Source: Vicugna vicugna
Lineage: Eukaryota
Reading direction: 5' to 3'
Length of the DNA: 64,000 nucleotides
Assembly (NCBI GenBank): GCA_013265495.1
Contig: MU058423.1
Location: 8,417,627-8,481,626 of the forward strand
Shown here: positions 1 to 12,875 of the stretch, in pieces
How the letters are laid out: every line of letters begins with the position of its first letter
Numbering within the stretch: position 1 is the first letter of the stretch
The notes under the pieces: generated by a model
What the model was told of the DNA's origin: nothing
The model's input: the letters and a program-made list of their open reading frames with translations, nothing else
The model's database searches: none
Made by a program: the position numbers and the translations under genes

Positions 1-155
1 CATCTTACTCATCATGGCTTTGCCAGTACCTCTCACAAATTAGGCACTGAATATATGAAGGAGCACTGCCGAGTGAAGACCTACAGCTCCTGGAAGAAAA
101 GCCACACTGTGGTCAAACTGCACTGGCTTAAAATCAATGGCTGGATGATCAAAAG

Positions 156-365
156 CAGTAGTTCTCAATTAGGGGTGACACTACCCTCCAGGGGACCACT
201 GACAACATCTGGAGCCATTTTTGGCTTCACAACCTTGTGGATGCTGCCATCTAGAAGGCAGAGGCTAGGGGTGCTGCCAAACATCCTGTGATACACCGGT
301 CAGCTCCACACAACAGAGAACTATCTGGCCCTAAATGTCAATGGTGCTAAGGTGAAGAAACCCTT
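156..365 (+). mobile_element. MER20-like hAT-Charlie MITE
   Basis: CAGTAGTTCTCAA...CCAGGGGAC...TCTGGAGCCATTTTTGG...AAATGTCAATGGTGCTAAGGTGAAGAAACCC follows the recalled MER20 consensus end to end. Confidence 0.85.
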
Positions 366-374
366 AGTTAACTA

Positions 375-485
375 ATGGGTTGTGATGGTTATATCACCAC
401 ATATATTTATCAAAATTCACCAACCATACATTTTTAATGAATGATTATATTATGCATAAATTTTCTTAATAACACTGTTAAAAAT
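375..485 (+). mobile_element. Ancient L1M (L1ME-like) 3' end fragment
   Basis: GTGATGGTT...TATTTATCAAAATTCACCAACCATACA...TAATAA resembles an L1M 3' terminus. Confidence 0.55.
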
Positions 486-1209
486 GAATAAAATTAAAGA
501 ATAAAAAAGTTAACTTGATATTTATGATAATATTAGACAGTCATCCAGAGCCAAACCCGCCAAATCTTACCTTGTTTAAATAAAAAAGTTTCATTATACA
601 ATTGAGAACTCATTTTCCAAAAAAGAAAAAAGAAAAAAGAAAATTCCGCTGAAATGGAAATATGGAAGTAAAATGAGAAGCCTTTCATTATCTCTCAGCT
701 AGCAGACCATTTTCCACATATCTTTGTATTTATCACCACATGTGATATTTAGGAACTTTGGATGAACATAAGTTAAAATGGTATGCTAACACATAAGGCT
801 TTTCATTCTAGAAAATACACTAACTTTTGTGAGTGAGACATTTTAAAAGGTCAAATATGGAAGGACTAGATTTGTACTCTATACTGGCCTAAGAATACCG
901 AGACAAGAAAGGTAAAGGTGATAATGATAAGAGAGATAGTTGGCATCTTTTGAGTGCTTTCAATTTGCCAGGTATTGAACTAACCACTTTACGTGTGTTT
1001 TCATTTAGCTGGTAAGCTTTATCAATTTCAGAAATTAAATGTTCCAGTAGGAACATTATTTGCTCATTTATATAGAATTGTATTCTAATTTCCCTCTTAC
1101 ATATTCATCTCCTCTTCTAGTCTGAGATCTTCTAGAGGACAGAGTCTCTTGTCTTATTCATCATTATATCCCCAAGAGCCTGGTCCCTTATCAAAAAATA
1201 GCGCATTCA

Positions 1210-1353
1210 GGGGAAAGAGGGGTAGAGTGTGTGCTTAGCATGCATGAGGTCCTGGGTTCAATCCCCAGTACCTCCATTAAAATGAATAAACAAACAAACA
1301 AACAATCCTAATTACCCTAACCCCCCAAAAAAGGGAAAAAAGAATTCATTAAG
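1210..1353 (+). mobile_element. tRNA-derived SINE (Vic-1-like), A box deleted
   Basis: GGTAGAG-TGTGTGCTTAGCATGCATGAGGTCCTGGGTTCAATCCCCAGTACCTCC, A-rich tail, 16-bp TSD AAAAATAG(C/T)GCATTCA at 1194-1209 and 1354-1369. Confidence 0.9.
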
Positions 1354-4300
1354 AAAAATAGTGCATTCATTAGAGGTTTCTTTCATGAATAAAGACATCA
1401 CTGCTTGGTAAAACATAAACCTAGGGAAACTAACTAAAACCCTCCAAATTTGGAGAAGAGATATTATTGTAAAACTAGCCAGTGAGCTCCCCCAAAAGCA
1501 GCTCATCTTGTATTCACAGTTACTAGTGAAGAGTCTAGCATATGAAAGACACAGAATATTTTGAATTGAGTTTATCTTGAGACTAATTTTCAAAAGTTTT
1601 TCTAAGAGAAGGAAATGCGAGCTACTCCTTTACATGGATCTTGACTCAGTAAAAACAGTTACTCCTTCTTCCACGTGTGCTTGTTTATAGCGCTTGTGTG
1701 GTTTCTGCCCTTTACATGATCCATGTGCAGCTCTAATAATAACAATTAATGCACTCAGACAAGCTCAAAGGGAGGAAATATTTCACAACTATGTATTTTT
1801 CAGAGTGAGATGCAGAGTGGTCATATTAAGTAAAGACAAATATTCCTTTCTAAGTCTAACACAGATCTCTACAGCCACCCAATTAGATTGCTGCCTTATC
1901 TAGGGAGCCATCATGTAGTCCTGCGGAGGGTACTGTGGAAAAAGGAAGAAAAGAAGTAGCAACAAGTTAAATGTGCCGAGGCAGAAACTACATGTCTATT
2001 TTGGGCATATCATTCATGCCACCTGTAACCAACCCTTCTGGTGTTTTATCAACAAAGATAAGAATGACGTCTCTTCTGTGTTTTAGCCGCTCAAAGAAGT
2101 TCTCACAAAACCTCAAACGTCAAGCATATTGGCCTAACAGCAGAAACTATAAAGTATTTACTTGCATTTCTTTTGATTTAGAAAACATGTTTTCTTCTTT
2201 CTCTTCATAGACTAATATTTATGAAATACTCTCATACACATGCTTGTCTATCATATACCACTCTGAGAAAATTAAACGGAGAAGTTGCTGCCCTCTGAGT
2301 TTCTCTGTATTATAGGGAATAAGGGAGAGTAAACTAGAAGATCATATTCCCTCCAAATGTCACAATCAAATAGAGTATGTATATTATTATTGTAACCAAG
2401 CAATACAACAATAGTATAGCTCGGACCAAACTGAATGGAGAATATATGCTCTCAGAGTATGGCCTGGGTGAGCAAACATAAAATATAACGCCTTCCAACT
2501 TCTTTCAGCACAAACGATTTCTGCATTTGTTCATTCTGAGAGGGGGGAAGAAAGCCCTCTTGGATAATCTCTGGTCACTTCAGAGTCAGTCTCCACCAGC
2601 AGATCCCTTCTCGGTCTCCTACCCAGTGAGTGGAAAAACCCCAGAGAGAGCTGCCAGAGAGCTGCAACACATGCAGAGCACTTGCAGTCCTTCTTGTTTT
2701 CTTATTTTTCCTGTTTTCATTGGCAGAATTTTTCCTCTGCCCAAAGCAGAGCTGCAAATGAAAGCAGCTGCCCCAAAGTGGAAGAGGTTCAAAGACCAGG
2801 GAAGAAAGAGAAAGGAGGTGGGGTCAAATGAGGAAAACAACTGAGGACACCAAGAAGACTCTTGGCAACTCTGCCTGGTACAAACATCTAAAGCCGAACA
2901 CATGCCAGGGGACAGATGCACAGGCGGCAGCCATGGGCAAGGTGATGCATCCATAGGCTTTCAAGTGACAACAACTGAGTACTGTATTTTTATAGACTCG
3001 CCAACTTTTAACACTCCCAGGGCAAGAAGTATTTCTAAGTATTTTCCTCTGAGCTTCTGGTGATCACTTTTTGGGTTCCTGCCATATACTCATTTATGTT
3101 TCTGATTCACGCCACAGATGAAAATCGATTTGAAATTATTGTATGAGTTTCTCCTTTTGGTTCCATAACTTAAAGGTATCAAGGAAATACAGGTATGGTG
3201 ATTTTGGAATCTGACTTCAACAGGTGTGTTTAAAGAAATTAGTGTATATCAACATTTTTTTTTAACTACAAAGTTTAGTGCTTCATTAGATACTAAAAGA
3301 AATCTTGAAGTTATTATGACAGGATTATAGTTAAAATATTGCAGTTAATTACTTTCTTTTGAGGAAGAACTTAAAAGAAGTGAAATAAATACAAATTATA
3401 GGACATTTCAGAATATATATTTTTAAAGATTTAAAGACTATATAAATACTCCACTGTATTTTAGAATTTTTAGAAACCTTATATGCAAATTAGCTTTATA
3501 TACTTACAATTCAATGCCAATAATACATGAATTCTAGCACTTTGGAATTCCATAACAGATCGGAAAACTTGACGGAGTGCACAGATTCTGGGAAGCAACT
3601 TGTTTGAATATATTTGCAAACTCCAGTATCTACACTTCTAGCACAAAAACTTTTCTATTTCTCCTTTAAAAATATATTTAAAAGCAAGAACAACTGTGAA
3701 CTAGCACCTACAAATATTTAATCTATGTAGAAATTTCAGGAACGTAACTGTAGAACAGTAAACACTTTTCTACAGACTGACTGCCAAATCTAGAAGCCTT
3801 TTCTTTCAGGCAGCACTTTCCCACCATCGTGAGAACCATTTCTCATTAACAACCGAATTGTTTTCAGATGCTGTGCTATACGGGGTTTCCTTAGAAACCG
3901 TTTGGTAAAAGACTGCGGCTTTCTTCCATAGAAATCTCAGCAGTGAAAAGGCAGATTTTCTGGCATAAATCAAACCCAATTTCTAGGGTTCACTAAACCC
4001 TTTCTCCTCAAAATAATGTTTTGTGACTTGATCTTAGCAGTTTATAGTACATGCAGGAGAGCTGGTGTGAACCAGTTTTAAATGAATTTTATTCCACTTC
4101 TTTTGTCATTCGACTGAAATCACCTCCAGGGCTTGTTATACCTTGATGAAGGTTTAACTGCACAACTAATGGGCAAAATTGTACATTCTACTGTATGTTT
4201 TTCCCCAGTAAATTTGCCCAGGTGAATTAATCTCTGTATTGTTGGGGTAATATCTGTTCTGATTTCGGAGTTGTTCCTACCTAGAAATATATATTTTTAA

Positions 4301-4634
4301 AAGGAAATTGGCCAACAAAAATGTTTTCTGTACTAAAATTGGAGACATTTCAACTGGCTAATATATACAAATACAGACCAATAATGTTTTAGGAGTTTCT
4401 AGACGCATGCAAATTCATAAGAAATACACCAAACAAGAAGCATATGTATCAATGATTATGTCTCAAGTGTGAACTTGGCAGAGTACTTTAAATGGAAATC
4501 TAAAATTGCTACTGGGATGGAATTATGCTTTTCTGCATCTCCAGACCTTTTGCATACATTGTTCTCTTTGCCAACAATGTGCACCTGCCTCCCAAACAAT
4601 TTTATTCCTCCCTCAGACTTTGTTCATCTATCTC

Positions 4635-4770
4635 CTCATTCAATCATTCACTCATGCATTCATTCATTCAATGAATTTTTACTGAGCACCTACTATTTGC
4701 TAGATTCTGTGCTAGATACTGGGATGAAAAAGGGAGACAACATCTTTCTTCATGGAGCTGATGACTCAGT
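4635..4770 (-). mobile_element. L2 3' end fragment
   Basis: (CATT)n followed by TTACTGAGCACCTACTAT...TGTGCTAG, the reverse complement of the L2 tail. Confidence 0.75.
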
Positions 4771-4899
4771 GTGAATCATTCCTACTTCCCTGACTTTCCC
4801 AGAAATAGACACTTCCTTCTTGGTGCTACCATTATTTATCAATTTAACAACTATCTAAGAAGCACCTACTAAGTACTAAGCACTTACCATGACTTAGTA

Positions 4900-5048
4900 C
4901 AATTACTTATTTGTGAATCTGCTTCACCTATTTGACCGTGAGCCCTTGAAGGAAAGAGCTTTTCTATATCTTCGTTTTCCCAATACCTAACACAATTCCT
5001 GGAATATAGTAGGTACAAAGTAAGTGCTTGCTGAATAAATGATTGAAG
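4900..5048 (+). mobile_element. L2 3' end fragment
   Basis: GTGAGCCCTTGAAGG...CCTAACACAATTCCTGGAATATAGTAGG...TGCTGAATAAATGA. Confidence 0.7.
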
Positions 5049-5399
5049 TAAACTAAAATATTTTAGCTAACAGAACAGGCTTTCCACTATTTGAAAAACT
5101 ATAATGTACCATAGGCTTACAAAAGTATTGGCCCTGATTTGCTAAAAACTTCAGCCAAACATTTTAGGGATAGGAAAGATAAATATCGGAGAAATGATCA
5201 AGCTGTTCTAAGCAGTTTAGCAACTTGAGTCCCTAATATTACCAAGCAAGTCTTTCCCAAGATTGAATTAATAAGTTTATAGGATGATCCGCTCAAGTTC
5301 AAAAAATAATTCAAAATAGAAATTGGTCTGTTTAATCAGGTAACACAAGTCTTGTGGCAATTTGGTTTAAGGGTATTTTGAATTAAAAAATGCAACCCA

Positions 5400-5560
5400 G
5401 GGGGAGAGTATAGCTCAGTGGTAGAGTGCATGCCTAGCATGCATGATGTCCTGGGTTCAAGCCCCAGTACTTCCATTAAGTAAATAGATGAATAAACCAA
5501 GTTACCTCCTCCCTTCAAAAAAAGATTAAATAAATAAAAAATTTTTAACTGAAAAAAAAA
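5400..5560 (+). mobile_element. tRNA-derived SINE (Vic-1-like), full length
   Basis: GGGGAGAGTATAGCTCAGTGGTAGAG (A box), GGTTCAAGCCC (B box), TTACCTCC tail; partial TSD AAAAAATGCAA. Confidence 0.9.
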
Positions 5561-6322
5561 ATGCAAAGGGTTGCCCACATGTTCTAAATAAAGGTATCTG
5601 GTCACTTCTATCTTTCCCTGTTTCTGATAATTACACAATGCATCTCAAAATTCCCTGTGAAATACTGATGTATTAAGTTAGAAATTTCCAGTTAACTGAT
5701 TTGGGTTTGTATGAGAAATTATCTTATACTATAATCTTATAAATAAATCAAACCTTATAAATCTCATACTAAAATCTCATAAGCTCTCTAAGGGCTTGCT
5801 TAAATATATGATAAAAAATAAAATTGAAAACATTCTATTAATTAATTAATTCTTCTAGTTATGAAGGTGCCCCTTGCCTGTTATATCCCATTCTTATCTT
5901 AGTTCAACTGATTTTTCCAACATTTTTTCATAGCATTTAACCCCTCAAACATACATATACAGTCTTGTATACATACACAGGTGCACAAACATGACATATA
6001 CACATACAGGGAAGAAAATCTTGGTCAAACCTACTTTTCAGTTTTGTCTATGACATCACGTAAACCTTTCACTTAAGCTTTTTGCCTTCTTTGCCTGGTC
6101 CCTGAATTTTTTTTAAGTAGTAGGGTGTTCTAATTTGCAAACTTGAATTGCTTTTAATTTGAAACTGGCTTGGCATTCTCATTCAATATATTCATTAATA
6201 GACTATAAGAACTCAAAATTTTAAGAAAACTATTAAACTTGGATTAGGTTAAGCTGCAGATATGTTGAGTCTTCAGTAACAAGGGCTAGAGGTTTAGGGG
6301 AGAGGTCTGGACCAGGCCAGTG

Positions 6323-6436
6323 GCAGGATGACCAATTCATCCTGCTTCAGCTGGGATTTTCCCAGGTTAGCACTGAAATTGCTATGTCCCGGTAATGCCC
6401 TCAGTCCTAGGTAAACCAAGACAGGCAAACCTCATG
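6323..6436 (+). mobile_element. MER81-like hAT-Blackjack MITE
   Basis: AGGATGACCAA...TAGCACTGAAA...GTCCCGG...CCCTCAGTCC...AAACC matches the recalled MER81 layout. Confidence 0.65.
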
Positions 6437-8127
6437 GGTGACAGTCTGAAGGAAATTGAACTGACAGGGGCCTGATCTCTCAGGCAGTCTAGTGAGCTAC
6501 TAACTTCCAAAAGAATAGTAAATACAGATGTGGTTCTGAGAAGACTCAGGAACAATGAAGTCTAACTTAGCTGGCAATAGAGGATGGTCAGGGCCTGTAG
6601 ACAGAAGAACTGGAGTCCAGTAATCTGGACCTGGGTTAATGTAGCCCTATGGGGTATTTATGGAGCGAGGATACAAAGCCTGTTTTAGGAAAGCTGGCCT
6701 TGGTGCCATTAATTTGGTAATACTGATGGTAGTGAAATGTTTTCTGACCTGCTGGGAATAGCTTGCTGGTGAAGAGCTTCCAGTTATATCGGTGAAATAT
6801 ATCAGAAGATAGACCTGGACGAAATTAAGATTCAAATGGGCTCAGAGTTACACAGCTAGGAAGAGGCCCAGCGAAATGTTAAATCTAGATATTTCTGACC
6901 CCAGGTCTGTTGCTCATTTAAGTAAAGGTTATAATATAAATTCTATTCGAAGAAATCCATTCTCTTACACTAGTTGTGTCCATGTCACTTCCTGTTTCCC
7001 AGATCGTTAAGTTCTACGAAGGTAAAGGCTATTCCTTCTTTATCTTTGTATCTCAAAATTAGAAAAATGCTCAAAAGAGAATAAACGTTCGATAAATGTT
7101 GCTGAATTAAATGAGTCTTGCATATTCCTACCTTGTTACCTTACTCTTCTTAGGTGTTTCTGCTTGCCCAAAGGAATGTCCTTTTTCTAATTCTGTTCAA
7201 CTTTTAAAATCTAGCTTAGGTTTTAGAATCTTTACTTGAGCTCATAGAGATCTCTCACCTCTCTGAACTCCACTTCATCATTTTATCTTTTCATGCATTT
7301 AAATCCTATTAATTCTCAAAGGTATCACCAGCTCCTTTGCATCCTTCATTATTATGCCTTCAGTAGACAGTCAGTCTGGGTGTTGCTATTTTGTGTACAA
7401 AACAATTCTTTTTGTCCTTTGTGAGGAACCTAGCCCTACCACATCTAAAACATGGAGACTGACAGTATATTGATAAGGTTTTTTTTTTTTAAGAAGAAAG
7501 CATTTCCTTATGAAAAGAAATTCTCAGCATTTTCTAAAAGAGAAAAACATTAATAAATGGTTGATATAAACAGTTAAAAATAGAATACTTGCAATAAAAA
7601 CTAATAAAAGCCCAGTTACTTTGGGGGATCTACAATGCAGCAAACCTAGTTATGAAAATCAAGTTTGTAGCCTGATTATTTCTAAGTGATGGACTGGACT
7701 GGGGGAAACATCTATGAGAAGACAAATATATAAAAACTACACCACTTACTAAGTATAAAAGTAAAAACAAATAAATATTTTCCACTTTTGAATCAAGACA
7801 TTTGCTTACTTGTTTTTGTTTTGCAATGATGAAGATTCTATATTGCAGAAAAGTCTGGATTTTATTTCTCAACTCAAATCTTTAGTAAATCCTTTCTTTT
7901 TTTTTTTCCTACAGGGCTGGGGAAACTCAGTCTATAACTGACTTTTGTCAGTTATTAGACAGCTATGAAAAAAATCACACCAAAAATGTGTTCCTGATTC
8001 CCTTTCTAGTGCCAAAAAAAAAAAGTTTTTTTCCTGTTCAAGATTGTAGTTCTGAATGCTAATTCCAAAACCTTATAGACTGTATGTGATATAAAATTAT
8101 CATGCATTTAAAAAACTGATTGTAAAA

Positions 8128-9170
8128 CCAGAAGCAGAATTACTATGTAGCTAATGAAGCACAAGTTATAAGGCTCCTTTGCACAGTCCTTCTCCAAAGC
8201 ACTGACAGGGACTCTGGCAATAAATTTAATGACTACACACTTGTCAAATAAAATTCATATTTTATGGCAAGGCAAGAAAAATTTCAACATAAAACATTCT
8301 TCTCTGCCCTTTGGCTTCTTCTCACACACTGTGCATTGTATATTTGCATTATGCATCGACCAGCCATCAAGAGCAGCATTGACACGACAACTCCTTAAAA
8401 GATAACATTCTTTCTCGAGCTTGTAACGGGTCACATGACCCACCAGGGTGACGCTTAGATCTGCCAGGGTGACGCTTAGATCTGGATTATGTAAACTGTC
8501 AATAATGTACAGTCCTCTGTCTCAAAAAACTTATAAAACTGTGCCTTGATTTCTAATGGACAGAACAGTTCTCAGAGCTTTCTGAAATGCTCTTCCTGGG
8601 TTATAATTCTCAAATTTGGCTTGAATAAAATTTTCCATTTCTTTCTTAGATTGACTGATTAATTTTTCATCAGCACACTTTTGTACAGTTCATAAAGTAA
8701 GATATATTAACTACAATTAGTTGAGACCACTGTCTCTTTTCATGATTTTCCATCACTTTACCTCATGGTTGGTGTATTAGAGTAACTACATGCATTTCAG
8801 AATTCAGATAAGAGGAAGTTGGATTAGGGATGTATTTAGCTTGAAATTAGTGGGATAAGATTATGTGGTCTGCAGAGTTTTATGTGTAAGTAAATTATAA
8901 CTATCTAAGCAAGTTCAAGACTAGCTTCCAGCATTACTTTTATCACCATGTGTACTGACTCATTCATAATGATGACACAAAAATGGAGGTCCAAAGGTCA
9001 TTTTATGGCATGAATGTGTCTAATGCCTGGTACTGGAAGTATGTAGCCAAGTCAAGAAAAAATTTGAGAGCAGTTTTCTTAAATTTGACAACAATCTTAA
9101 AATTTTAGATGCTATTACTAATAACAAGTTTAATAATGAGTTGTAAACTTAGAAAACAACTTTTCTTCCA
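8128..9170 (+). mobile_element. Arthur1/MER69-like hAT-Tip100 relic, split by an LTR at 8242-8675
   Basis: CCAGAAGCAGAATTACTATGTAGCTAATGAAGC start; resumes after the LTR with AAAGTAAGATATATTAACTACAATT...AGACCACTGTCTCTTT; right boundary approximate. Confidence 0.6.
8242..8675 (+). mobile_element. ERV solo LTR (ERV1-like), 434 bp
   Basis: TG...CA ends with imperfect terminal inverted repeats, 4-bp TSD CACT (8238-8241, 8676-8679), TATA-like TTATAAAA ~8531, AATAAA ~8624. Confidence 0.8.
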
Positions 9171-9641
9171 CCAATAATAAAAAAAAACTTCAGATTCTAT
9201 TCATGAAAGATTACCTTCAAAAGGTATTGTCCTTCCACTGTAAACAAGTAGAAAATGAGAAAAAATATATGAAACATGATTTTCAGACATGGCACAAAAG
9301 GCAGTGCAGAATTGTGATCTCTGAAAGAAGGGTCATAAACTAGTAGTGAGGATAAATTAGTTCCCCAAAAGGCCCCACAATAACAAAGCTTAAAGGCAAG
9401 CCTTAAAAGGATAAAACATGCACTTACTTAACCACACACCAGAACAGATCTAAAGAGATCTAGCAGATCTCTTCAAAGAAATGCAACAAAATCCAGTAAC
9501 CAATAGTAAAATCCAGTACCCAACAGTAAAATTCACAAGGTCTAGTATTCAGTCAAAATTTACCAGAATTGCAATGGAGTGAGACATTATAACCCAAAAA
9601 CAGTAAAAATTAATCAATTAGAAACATACCTAGAAACAGCA

Positions 9642-10749
9642 CAGATTGGGAGAAAATGTTTACAAAAGACATATCAGATGGAGAACTGTTATCCAAAATA
9701 TACAAAGAACTCTTAGAACTCAACAATAACACAAACAACTTGTTTTGAAATGTAGCTAAATACCTGAACAGACAACTTGCTAAAATATATACATATAGAT
9801 GGCAACTAAACATGCAAAATGATGCTCCACATCATATGTCATCAGATAAATACAAATTAAAACAACAATGAGATATCACTACCCACTGGTGAGAATGCAG
9901 AGCAATAGAAAGTCTCATTCATTGCTGGTGGGAATGCAAAATGACATAAAACCTTTGGAAGACAGTTTGGGAGTTTCTTAAAAAACGAAACATACTCTTA
10001 CCATATGATCCCGCAATTGTGCTCTTTGGTATTTACCCAATGATATGAAAACTTTGTGTCCACACAAAACCTGCACAGCAATGTTTAGAACAGCTTTATT
10101 CGTAATCGTCAAAGCTTGGAAGAAAACAAAATGTTCTTCAGAAGGTGAATGGATAAACTGTGGTACATCCAGACAACGTCCAGACAATGGAATATATTAA
10201 TCAGTACTAAAAAGAAGTTAGTCATCAAGTCATAAAAAACATGAAAAGAAAAGAAGAGAAAAGATAAGACATGTAGGACATGTAAATATATATTACTAAG
10301 TAAAAGGAGCCAATCTGAAATGGTTACACTCTGCATGATTCCAACTAAATGAAATTCTGGAAAAGCCAAAACTATGGAGATAATAAAAACATTAATGGTT
10401 ACCAGGGGTTATGGGTTAGGGAGGGATGACTAGGCAGCGCACAGAGGATTTTCAGGGTACTGAAACTACCCTAAATAGTAATACATGTCATTAAACATGT
10501 GTGCAAACCTATAGAGTGTACAACACCAAGAGTGAACCATAGTGTAAGCTATGGACTCTAAATGATAATGATGTGTTGATGTAGGTTCATCAGTTGTAAC
10601 AAATGTACCACTCTGATGGAGATGGTAATAATGGGGAGACTATACATGTATAGAGATAGAAGATGTGTGTAGGAAATCTCTCCACCTTCTGCTCAGTGCT
10701 GGGAACCTAAAATTTCTCTAAAACATAAAGTCTATTTAAGAAAAAAAAA
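9642..10749 (+). mobile_element. L1MC1/2-like 3' end (ORF2 C-terminus and 3' UTR)
   Basis: GGGAGAAAATGTTTACA...TGTACAACACCAAGAGTGAACC...AACAAATGTACCACTCTG...ATAAAGTCTATT plus poly(A). Confidence 0.8.
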
Positions 10750-12875
10750 CTACCAAACTGAAACAGACAAGCAGTGTGTAAGTTACATGTGGGACCATAC
10801 CAAGAAATCTAACATATGTATAATTATAATTCCAGAAGGAAGGTATGGAACATAAAAATATTTGAAGAAATAATGGCTAAAAGTTGCCCAAATTTGATGA
10901 AAACTATAAACCCACAAATCCAAGAATCTCAATGAGTCCAAGTAGAGGAAACATAAAGAAAATCACACTAAGGTAAAACACAATCAAATTGCTGAAAACT
11001 AGTGATAAAGAGAAAATAAAAAAAATGCCAGAGGACAAAAAGACACATTGTATTTAGAGGGACAAAGAGAAAGCTGACAGCCAATTTCTTATCAGAAGAC
11101 ACGCAGACCAGAAGACAATGGAGAGATCTCCTTAAAAGTGCTGAAAGAAACTGTCAACCTAAAATCCTAACCCAGCAAAAATGTTTTCAAAAATGTAGTC
11201 AAAACACAGACTTTTAAACATGAACACAATTTGAGAGAATTAATCACTAGTAGACCTGTACAAAAATAAATGTAAAAGTTCTTCAGCCAGAGGAAAATGA
11301 TACCAGATAGAAATCTGGACCTACACCAAAGAATGATGAGTTCCAGAAATGGTAAATATATGAACAAATACAAAAATACCTAGTTTTCTCATTTTTAATC
11401 TCTTTAAAAATAATTATTTGTCTATTTATATTATTTATAATAATATAAATAAGGTTTATAAAATATATAGTATTAAAATACATGACAGTAAGAGTACAAA
11501 GGATAGGGAAGAATAGTGTTATGTTATTTGAGAGTAGAACATAAGTTAAAGATATACACTGAAAAACCTAAAGTGACTACTAAAAAAAAAAATAAAATAA
11601 AACCAGCCAGTTAGTGAAGATCAAACACCCTATTAATAATTTTTTAAGGTAGGAAAATAGAGGAAAAGGGGGAAAAATAAAAGGAGAGAAATATAAAACA
11701 AATAGTAAGATGGTAGACATATACCAAATAGTATCAGTAATAATACTAAATGTAATGGCCTATACACTACAATTTAAAACATAGATGTCAGATTGGATTA
11801 AAAAAGTAAAATCTAACTATGTACTGTCTACAAGAAATCTACCTTAAATAGAGAGGTAGGTTAAAAGTAAAAGAATGGAAAAATATATACCCTATAAACA
11901 TTACTCAAAAGAAAGATGGAATAGCTTTATTAATATCAGTTAAAGCAGACTTAAGAAACAAGAAAGCATCAGCAATAAACAGATACATTTCACAATGATA
12001 AAAGAGTCAATTATTCAAGAAGATATAAAAGTCTTAGTGTGTATATACCTAAGAGCTTCAAAATGCACGAAGCTAAAATTAATAAAACTGGGGGGGAAAT
12101 GTACAAATCCACAGTTAGATATTCTAACAAATCTCCCTAGCAACTCAAACAAACAAAACAAAACATTAAGTGTGTAGAAAGGCCTAAACAACATATCAAC
12201 CAATTTGACCTAACTGGCAGAAATAGAACACTCTACCTAACAACAGAAGATTATCCATTTTTTTTCAAGTGCCAATGGAACATTCCTCAAGAAAGCATAT
12301 TCTGGGCCAGAAAACAAGTCTCAATGAATTTAAAAAGAATGAAATGAAATACAGGATTTTCTCTAACCACAATTCAATCCACTAATTAAACTAGAAATTA
12401 AGAAGATATCTAGAAAAAATCCCTACCTATTTGGAAATTAAACAAAACACTTTAAAATAATTATGGGTCTTAGAATAAATCATGAAGCAAACGCAATATA
12501 TTTTGAGCTAAATGAAAGCATCAAAACCTTGCTGGATATTGCTAAAGTGGTACTTAGTGGGGGATTTATAGCATTAAATGGTACATTAAAAAAGAAGAGA
12601 GTTCTAAAATTAATGATCTACACGTACAACTAAAGAAACCAAGAAAAGAGGAACAAATGAAACCCAAAGTAAGCAGAGGAAAGAAAATAATAAAATAATG
12701 GCTTAAATAAATAAAAGAGAAAATAAACAAAACAAGATAAAATCAATAAAAAGCAAATGCTTTGAAAAGAAATCAAATTAATAAACTTCAAATTGGAATA
12801 AACGTAAAAAAAAAAAAAAGACCCACATGATCAATATCAGAAAGAAAAAAGGAGATGTAATTACAGACCTTACCC
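10750..12875 (+). mobile_element. Older L1M ORF1 end and ORF2 endonuclease region, degenerate
   Basis: A-rich L1 signatures GAAGAAATAATGGCTAAAAGTT, AATCAAATTGCTGAAAAC, GTCTACAAGAAA, CACAATGATAAAAGAGTCAATT, GAAACCCAAAGTAAGCAG; no intact ORF. Confidence 0.8.

Noticed and set aside
2527..2954. 105-aa and 111-aa ORFs and a strong pyrimidine tract with AG at ~2726
   Set aside because: No recognisable homology and no partner exons; chance ORFs or at most an unsupported non-coding exon.
9488..9527. 20-bp tandem duplication with 2 mismatches
   Set aside because: Old local duplication inside an L1 relic; only two units and no spacers, so not CRISPR-like or functional.
9610..12203. Several short ORFs in the L1 block
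   Set aside because: Fragments or antisense frames of a decayed L1; no intact ORF1 or ORF2.
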